Assembly (NCBI GenBank): GCA_964016885.1
Contig: OZ024753.1
Coordinates: forward strand, 33,294,001 to 33,358,000
Length of the DNA stretch: 64,000 nt
From: Eledone cirrhosa
Lineage: Eukaryota
Reading direction: 5' to 3'
The notes under the pieces were generated by a model. The model saw only the letters and a program-made list of their open reading frames with translations. It ran no database searches and was not told the DNA's origin. The translations under genes were made by a program, and so were the position numbers. Numbering within the stretch: the first letter of the stretch is position 1; each line of letters begins with the position of its first letter. Shown here piece after piece: positions 54,684 through 64,000 of the stretch.

Positions 54684-55704
54684 TTCCACGCTTGCATGGG
54701 TTTCGACAGGAGTTTTCCCACTTGAGGCAAGAGTGGTTGTCTTGCTCGCATAGGACTGTCTGGCGGGTTTTCTATGGCTGGATGCCCTTCCTAACACCAA
54801 CCACACTTACAGTGTGGAACTGGGAGGCTTTTACCATGTTACCTACACGGCCACATTACAGCGTGGACTGTGTGTTTTTTTTTTGCCGTGACACCTACAC
54901 GACCTCATTTGTTTCGGGCTGGATGTTGTGGTACCAACATAACTTTACATTGAAAGGGGTGGTGTGGATGGGGTGGTGGTAGTAGGACGGGGGTATATTT
55001 TGTTAGAGGTGCCTACTGACAGTAGTAGGTTTCATTTTGTACTTAGGTAAGGTGGGTCTTCTCTATTACTGTGTAGCGCCAAAGGTCTCGGTCCAGTGAC
55101 ATTTTCTTGGAGAGGTGTAAATGTGTGAGGTCGGAATTGATCAAGTCGTCCCAGGCTTTTCTGGGTCTGCCTACTCTGTGGCTACCCTCTATTTTTATTG
55201 CCCTGCACTTTTTTATACAGCTGTCGTCTTTCATGCACATCACGTAACCATACCAACATAGTCTTCTCTCGAGTAAACAACATCTGATTTTTCCCTTAGT
55301 TCATTTATGGTTTGCCGTTCACGTATATTACTATTACACATCCAGCGGAGCATGCAAGCTTCATTCCTCTCCAGTCTGTGTATATCCTCTGCACACAATG
55401 CCCAGGTCTCACTGCCATGCAACATTGCTGTTCGTATGCAGGCATCATACAGCCTGCCTTTTATTTTTAGGGAGAACCCTTTCGCGGCTAATAGTAGTAT
55501 AAGCTCTCTGAACTTTTTCCATCCAGTTCTGACTCTAGCTACTGTACTTTCAGAGTACCCTCCCCCACTGCTGATTTTGTCACCCAGGTAACGGAAGCTG
55601 TCAACTATTTCTATAGAACCATCTGTGCAATGGAATGAGCTAGTATTCTGTGGGCACTTGCTGCTACTTATTGCACCAGAGTACCGGCCACATATAAAAT
55701 CTAT
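54684..55704 (-). mobile_element. RTE-clade LINE, 5'-truncated, tail missing
   Basis: Reverse-complement match to the 3' part of the full copy. Confidence 0.9.
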
Positions 55705-55892
55705 ATATATATATATACATTTATAATATACATTTATATATATATATTTATATAATATACATTTATATATATATAATGTATATATAATATGTATATGTAT
55801 GTTTATATATATATACATATTTGTGTGTATATATGTTCATATATTATATATAAATATATATGCACATATTTATACACAGACACACACATATG

Positions 55893-55933
<41 letters not shown>

Positions 55934-56030
55934 CATATATATATATGTATTATATATATATATATAGTTGTATATGTATATATATATATATATATAATAC
56001 ATATATATATATGTATTATATATATATATA

Positions 56031-57754
56031 AAGTTGATGGACCAGGTCATGAAAGTAACAGAAAGAGTTATAGCACAGCTGATTAGGGACCGGGTGAATA
56101 TAGACGAGATGCAATTTGGGTTTGTACCAGGGAAAGGCACCACTGATGCCCTCTTCCTTGTGAGGCAATTACAGGAAAAGTACCTAGCTAAAAGTAAGCC
56201 ACTCTACTTGGCATTTGTCGACCTTGAGAAAGCCTTTGACAGAGTTCCACGTGCAGTAATCTGGTGGGCTCTTAGAAAACTAGGAGTAGATGAATGGCTT
56301 GTGAAAGCGGTACAAGCCATGTATAGGGGAGCAGTCAGCAAAGTTAGGATTGGCAATGAGTATAGCGAGGAATTTAGCCTACAGGTTGGGGTCCACCAGG
56401 GCTCTGTTCTTAGCCCTCTCCTGTTCATCATAGTCCTGCAGGCAATAACGGAGGAGTTTAAGACCGGATGCCCATGGGAACTCCTGTATGCTGATGACCT
56501 CGCACTCATAGCTGAATCTATGGTAGAACTAGAGAATAAATTCCAAACCTGGAAGCAGGGACTAGAAAGAAAGGGCCTCAAAGTCAACATGACAAAGACT
56601 AAGGTCCTTATAAGTAGACGAGAAAACAGAACCCAGATCCCCTCAGGGAAATGGCCTTGCTCAGTATGTAGGAAAGGTGTAGGTAGGAACTCCATTCTCT
56701 GCCCCAAATGCAAACAATGGGTACACAAGAGATGTAGCGGGATCTCAGGAAGCTTAATTAAGAATGTAGGATTCACATGCAGCAGCTGTGCTGAAACAGC
56801 AAGCAAACAGCCACAGGAAACAAGTACCACCAATCTCTGGGAGGGCCCTGTAGAAACAGTAGACAGCTTCTGCTACCTAGGTGACCGAATTAGCAACGGA
56901 GGTGGGTGCTCAGAAAGTACAATAACTAGGGTAAGAACGGGATGGAAGAAGTTTAGGGAACTACTACCACTGCTAGCTGCAAAAGGCTTCTCCCTCAGAA
57001 TGAAAGGCAGACTGTATGATGCGTGTATCCGAACAGCGATGTTGCATGGTAGTGAGACCTGGGCGCTGAAGGTGGAAGACTTACGTAGATTAGAGAGAAA
57101 CGAAGCCTGCATGCTCCGATGGATGTGTAACAGTAATATACGTGAACGACAAAGCATAAATGAATTGAGAGAGAGACTGAGCATAAGAGGAATCAAATGC
57201 TGCGTGCAGAAGAGTCGGTTACGCTGGTATGGACATGTGATGCGTATGAAGGATGACAGCTGCATAAAAAGGTGCAGAGCACTAGAAGTTGATGGAAACC
57301 GCGGAGTGGGGAGACCCAAGATGACTTGGGATGAGGTGATAAAAGCCGACCTTACCCAACTACACCTCTCAAAGTCAATGACACACGACCGTGACTTCTG
57401 GCGTCACGCAGTAATACAGGGTACCCGACCTCCCATGGGTACATGCTGAAGCATATAAACAATATGCCCCCCCCCCCCCAACCGCAAGGTGGTCGTGGAG
57501 GTGCCACGGCAAAAAAGCACCCAGCCCACACTCTAAAGTGGACGTGTAGGCGCCACGAAAAAGCACCCAGCACTCACTGTAAATGAGGTTGGTGTTAGGA
57601 AGGGCATCCAGCTGTAGAAATCAAGCCAGATCAGTTCCTGTATGAGCAAGGCATGGTCAGCCGACCAGACACTGCCCACAACAGGACAACCCGTCTAACC
57701 CATGCTAGCGTGGAAGAACGGACGTAAAACGCTGATGATGATGATGATGATGAT
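56031..57754 (+). mobile_element. RTE-clade LINE of a sister subfamily, 5'-truncated, ORF open 56034-57449
   Basis: RT motifs, PHD-like finger, (GAT)n tail; clearly diverged from the 43873 copy. Confidence 0.92.
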
Positions 57755-58304
57755 ACATATATATGTGTGTATATACAGTTTCCATATTTCCCTCTCAGTT
57801 TTCATAAAAGTAAAATTATATTCTTATTTAAGTTGTGCATTCTTGAAATATGACAAAAGAGAAATGCTAATCATCAAATATTTTGGCAATTGTCTCAGCT
57901 ATATTACTTGACACATGTCAGGTCAAATATTCTTTTAAAGTGTAATTAATAATTAACTCCTCTAAAACATTACGCATATTAAGCTGAAACAGTCTCCCCA
58001 ATGAAAAAGAAAAAATAACTTCCAATAAACAAATATTTAAAGTGAAATATAAGTTCAAACCTGATGTATCACAAGAAAAAAGAAACGTTTATCTTGTCAG
58101 TTTGTATTAGAAATATGGAGTTTGAATTCATGGCTGAGTGGTTAAAGGGTTTCCTTCACAATCATGTGTTTTCTGGTTTGGTGCCAATGCATGGCACTTT
58201 GGCTGGGTGATTTCTGCTATAGCTTTCAGTTGAATTCGGTAGATGGAAATTGTTTGGAAGTTCATAGTGTATGTATGTATGTATATATATATATATTATT
58301 ATTA

Positions 58305-58505
58305 TTGGCAGTATCGGTAGAGGGTCGGATGCCATGGTTTGCAGCAAAGACTTACGGCCGTTTATGGTCTGAGTTCAAATCCCGCTGAGGTTAACTTTGC
58401 CTTTCATCCTTACGGGGTCGATAAAATAAAGTACCAGTAATGCACTGGGTAATTGCTAGCCTTGTGCCAAAAGTAGAAACAATTATTATTATCATTATTA
58501 TTATT
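58305..58505 (+). mobile_element. tRNA-derived SINE (26943 family)
   Basis: Same head, core and (ATT)n tail; older copy at ~63210-63390. Confidence 0.8.
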
Positions 58506-58660
58506 AACACTCTGCTTGTTAAGGATACCGACTATGGGGAAATACCAAATGTATAATATGACATCAGTAGTTGGACTCTGATTAACATTGAGTGCTTATA
58601 CTGGTGAACCAATAGTAACTAAATGTTAAACACTAATACACTCTATATATATATATATAT

Positions 58661-58968
58661 TAGAAAGTGAGGCTGTTTTTACAAAATGAAAAAGAAACGA
58701 GATGTCCTACAAGAGTGAAAGTATAAGGAAAAAATATGAAATCGAAAAAGCAACTGGAGTCTTTTTTTTTTAAATATATATTTATTTGGTTCCTTTACCG
58801 GTTTCACAGTTCTTGTGCTTTTCATCAGATGCGAGAAAAACAACAAACCCTCCATCTCAATTCTACTTTTGAAAGCACAAGAACCGCGAAACCAGTAAAG
58901 GAACCAAATAAATATATATTTTTAAAAAAGACTCCAGTTGCAATTTCGATTTCATCTTTTTTCCTTAT
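58661..58968 (-). mobile_element. Tail + hairpin PLE relic, same family as 33540-33903, opposite orientation
   Basis: Same two end points; unequal arms joined at ttttc/atcagatg. Confidence 0.8.
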
Positions 58969-59261
58969 ATATATATATACACAGATAAATCTACCAATCA
59001 ATGGTAGGGTCCAAACCGTATGAAGAACTCAATGTAATCCGTATGTAGATGTCGTGAAGCAAATAATTATTTCTGAAGACGGCGGGTAGTGAAGACGTAT
59101 GTATATTTTCTTACTATGATATTTTGTAATATATTTTACATAGATCAATAATAGAATGGACATATGGGGAACGACCCCCCAGAAACGATCGTAAAATAAT
59201 GAGTTTTACTATGAATTAACCGTTTTTTGTTTAATTTCATTGTTTTAATATTTCTATTTTT

Positions 59262-59304
<43 letters not shown>

Positions 59305-59305
59305 G

Positions 59306-59342
<37 letters not shown>

Positions 59343-59344
<2 letters not shown>

Positions 59345-59682
59345 AGGCACATGGCTTAGTGGTTAGAGCATTGGGCTTACAATCGAAAGGTTGTGAGCAG
59401 TTCTCAGACCGGGTGATGTGTTGTTTCCTTGAGCAAGACACTTTATTTCACATTGCTCCAGTTTACTCAGCTGTAGAAATGAGATGATAGGGACTGGGGT
59501 CCCTATCATTCCACTGCAAAGTGGTCATGGAGGTGCCACAGCAAAAAAGCACCCAGCACTCACTGTAAGTAAGGTTGGTGTTAGGAAGGGCATCCAGCTG
59601 TAGAAATCAAGCCAGAATCAGTTCCCGTCCCACCCTTGCAAGCAGGGAAAAAGCGGACGTAAAATGAAATGATGATGATGAT
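59343..59682 (+). mobile_element. Full tRNA-head SINE with RTE-like tail
   Basis: ggaggcacatggcttagtggttagagca head, central core, ttaggaagggcatccagctgtagaaa, (GAT)n tail. Confidence 0.8.
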
Positions 59683-59787
59683 ATATATACATGTATGTAT
59701 CTTTATGAATATATAAATGTATATATATATATACATGCATGTATATATATATGTATATATATTTATGTATATATATATATATGTGTG

Positions 59788-59830
<43 letters not shown>

Positions 59831-61259
59831 ACATATGTGTATATATATGTATATACATAAATATGAATTGAGAGGGACGAGGCTTTGTGGTTACTGATAA
59901 TGTGTTAGAAAGTTAAGGGAACACATATATTCACACACAAACATGTATAGTGGACGTTAAACGATGATGATGATATATACATATATACGTGTGTTAGTGT
60001 GTTTGTCCATTTACTGTTTGTTTTTTTTTAGCATAACTTAACAGTTCAAAAGAAAGACACCAATGAAATAAGTTCCAGACATCAAAATATAAGAATAAGT
60101 AAGCACTGGCATCAATATCATCAACAGAAACCCTCCTTCATGGCAAGACAGTCTCTGAATATCGTTGCAGTCTAATAACTGAGATCAGTGAAAGATTAAC
60201 AGAATGTATAACTGTTAATGTTAGGTTGTAAATTTACAGGCATCAAAATAACAAGAACCATTTACTAAAGGAATGACTGTATGCATGCAGTAGAATGGTA
60301 TTTATTATATATTCTTCATTGACTGATACTCAAGTGTTGCCAAAGTCAATGGTTAATTCATTGGTAAAACTCAACTACCAGTCAACCAACTTATATACAT
60401 ATATATGTCCCAGGTTTAATTGGGGCAGGTAACCACAGAACAATATTCAATACATTAGTAATGTGTATACAACAAATTTAATATAGAATTGGCTTCTTCA
60501 TGACTAGAACTGTTTCATTCAAAGGAAATCCTCATGAAAGCCGACTTGCATTGTAATGATTATATTACATTGCTGGAGCTCACAGAGATGATAAATTAAT
60601 GCAATGAGTGGAAAGATTCTGTAGTGGAAAATACCTATACAACCCATGCAAGCAGGGAAAAGCAGACGTAAAATGGTGTTATATACATATAGATATATAC
60701 AAATGTGTATATGTTATATATATATATACATACATATTTATGTATGTATGTTAGTATGTAGGTATGCATGTATGTATAATCTTTTGCTCTAACTTCCTAC
60801 TGCACTTTCAATCATGTTATTAAGGTCAATTACTTTACTTTATACAAATCCAAACGTTTGGCAAATATACAACTAAAGTTAGCAATTTTTTGGCCAATAT
60901 ATCATCTCTCTCAAAGGTCACTGACAAACGCTGCACTGTTCTATTCTATTCAATAAAGGCTTGAAGCCTGAAATTTAAAATAATGCCAGTTTTTTGACAG
61001 GGCATGCCAGATTTATTCAAAAGTTTCCAGATAATAAATGAAATACCAATTGGAACATGCAGCAATTTTACTGGCACCCAGTACATGCTTTATTTATAGA
61101 ATTGGTTTTATTTCATTATGTTTCACTTCTCCAAAATTTGCAGAATGTGCACATACACAAGAAACCATACTACTTTCTCTGAAAGAAATTTGCTGCATTG
61201 TGACTTGGAGATGGATGATTTGTGTCAGGTTTTAATACCCAAAGCATAGAAGGTTTGTC

Positions 61260-61440
61260 AAAAGAAAGTATCCAAATTTAAGTGAGAAATGTACTTGGTG
61301 GGTTTCAATTGCTAATTTTCCTTGAAGTAGGCCCCTTGAACCCCTACACACTTTTTCCAGTGATTCTTCTACTGTTCAAAGCATGTTTGAAGTGCTTCTT
61401 TCAAAATGGTGCTCAGATCCACCAGCACAGTCTTCATGAT
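61260..61440 (-). pseudogene. mariner transposase C-terminal remnant
   Basis: Manual translation KEALQTCFEQ*KNHWKKCVGVQGAYFKEN*. Confidence 0.65.
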
Positions 61441-64000
61441 CACCATTTGATGTCTTATTTTTCTACACAAGCATAGGTTAGACGAGTTGTCCCATTGTGA
61501 GACAAGCCAGATCACATGACTGTGTTTTGCTCATTTAGAACTGCTGCTGACTTGGTTTCTATGGCTGGATTCCCTTCCTAATGTCAACCTTATTTACAGT
61601 GTGGACTGGGTGCTTTTTATCGTGGTACCAAAACAACCACTTTACAGTGTGGACTGGGTGCGTTTATCAAGGCACCAAAACGACTGCTTAACAGTGTGGG
61701 CTGGCTGCTTTTTGACGTGACACCTACACGGCTACTTTACAGTATGTACCGGATGCTTTTTATGGCACCAAAACAACCACTTTACAGTGTGGGCTTGGTG
61801 CTTTTTGTTGTTAAATCTACATGATCATACTGCTCTAACAAATCTGTATATCTTAGAAAAGAACAATGTGAAAATACTATGCAACTTTAGCATACAGACA
61901 GTCCAACAGAGAATAGAGAGTAAATATGATAGCATTCTCCATGACAACAATCATGATAGTGTATTAATTGTCAATATAGCAATATCAGTTCACTATAATG
62001 TTGTCCTGAAGTAACTTGAAAATCCAAGTAATTACAACAATTTTGAGGATGCTTTAAAAAAATAAAATTACAACAATGTTAAACTGAATATGATGTCAAG
62101 CAAGTCTCAGATGGGAAGAAGTTTTTATTATTCAGACTAGAAATTAATTTAACTGCATAAATCTCCAAGTGTTAATCTAATGATACAATGAAGGTATTTT
62201 AAACTAAGAACTACCAATAAATAAAATAGAATTTTTGCAGACAAAATGTAAACATGCTAACGTTGGAACAAGAAATGTCAATGATTCTGGCAGAATATAT
62301 TCTTGAAGAAATTTACATAAAACATATTTTGATTTATAAATTTGGTTTGTTTTCCAATTTTTTCTCCAACAATGATTGCTTTCTAGTTTAATTTGTGTAG
62401 AAAATAGTAAAAGTAAATTTATCACACACACATGTATGAAAATATGCATGTCTGTATAATTCAGATTTACAAATACGCATCTTCTTGTATGTATGTGTTT
62501 GTTTTTATGCATTATGTATGGCTATGTAGATATGTAAAATGTAAAGAAATAAAATAATTGTTATGGATCCTGTAAATTATTATTATTATGGTAAATAAAG
62601 AAATTACTATTATTAGTATTATCATTATTATTATGGTAAATAAAAAAATTACTATTATTATTATTATTATTATGGTAAATAAAAAAATTACTATTATTAT
62701 TATTATTATTATTAGCATTATTAGTGTCATCGCTGTTGTTGTTGTTAAAAACTATCTATCATAAACATATATATCCATTTGACAACTGCCAAAAGAAACA
62801 AACATTAAAAGTTTTTTAAAAGATGTAAACTTAAAGTGTTTAGATAATTCAATATCATTAAAAAAATGTCTACTGTCTTCTGTAAGAATTACTGTCTCCT
62901 ATATTAACTATAATTCTACACCATCCTAATGGAAGTAAGAATATAGTCTAGGGCAATACAATATAAATAAAACTCATCATCATCATCCACTTTCCATGCT
63001 GGCATGGAATAGATAAGTCATCAAGATCTGAAACTAGAAGAAGCAGCCAACCATGTCTGGCTTGTATATTCTATTGTTGGCATGGTTTCTATAGCTGGAT
63101 GCCCTTCATATAGCCAAAATGTACACTATTCCAACAGCAGCACTACTACATTACAAACTGTACTGGATGCATCATGGCAGCAGCACTAATGCATTATTCA
63201 AGGTACTGAGGCAGTGGATTGGCAGTATCAGTAGAGGGTCGCACACCATGCTTTGCAACATTGAGTTACGGCCCTAGTTCATATCTTGCCGAGGTAAACT
63301 TTACCTTTCATCCTTACAGGGTTGATAAAATAAAGTACCAGTAATGCACTGGGATAATTGCTGGCATTGTGACAAAAGTAGAAACAACTATTTGTTTCCA
63401 TCTACAGAATTTCTCATAATTCAATACTATACTACAGTAGAAGACACTTGTTTGATACACCATGCAGTTGAATCAACCTAGGAAACACTTGCTTCTGTGA
63501 TACCAGACTGCAATGTCAATATCTATATATATAGTTTTAGCTGCAAATATTCAAAGTTTCAGGCTAAAACTCTGAATAGGATGTAAAAACACAGAATGTT
63601 TCACTATATAGCATTAATGTATTTTTTCCATTGTGACTTTCTGTACTGAAATTGTGTCTTTAGTGAGATATTGCCATTTATTCATTGTAGGTCTATGAGT
63701 CTATATATTGAAGTTGTGTCATGATGTGATGAAATATTCTTTAAAATTTATCTTTATGCCCATTTATGATAAATAAATTTCACAATGCTTTAAACTAATA
63801 AAATATTTTATCTACACACACATTCTTTGAATTACAACACCCTGTCATATAACAGAGCCTTAGGCATAGCTATGAAAAGTATTTACACTGAATTAAAATA
63901 TGTGTATGTATATATATATACATATATATATCTTTATATATTATTTTTTGTATGTATGTGCAAAATACAAACATATGACCTTCAATGTTTATTATACTTG

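Noticed and set aside
56204-57319. 209-aa and 148-aa antisense ORFs in RTE copies
   Set aside because: Antisense shadows of the RT frame with no independent motifs.
58792-58832. Apparent canonical CUGAUGA hammerhead on the minus strand
   Set aside because: The core is created at the inversion junction and stem I does not pair; the family core is UUGAAAA.
59343-59415. tRNA gene
   Set aside because: Head of a SINE with degenerate T-arm, continuing into SINE core and tail.

Overview
AT-rich eukaryotic non-coding DNA made almost entirely of retroelements and (TA)n-based microsatellites. The repeat content suggests a cephalopod or other mollusc genome (inference). No host gene is convincingly visible. 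The main feature is a ~10-kb, very young Penelope-like element (PLE) insertion at 929-10903, of the Hydra-type RT + GIY-YIG class. It has two intact near-identical ORFs in a partial-tandem plus inverted arrangement, with a minimal hammerhead ribozyme (HHR) in each terminal repeat. The rest holds seven RTE-clade LINE copies (one near full length), tRNA-type SINEs, MITEs and a dozen or more short PLE 3'-end relics sitting in TA tracts. Read together, the PLE pieces from several unrelated families share one architecture: two outward-pointing arms, one ending at a fixed inner site (A) and the other at a fixed outer site (B) about 45-90 nt further 3'. A recurring ACUC-[variable hairpin]-UU-GAGU-RCU RNA motif starts 5-6 nt after site A. 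This HHR + site A + conserved tail hairpin + site B module is the best candidate here for an undescribed system. All coordinates were read by eye and may be off by a few bases.
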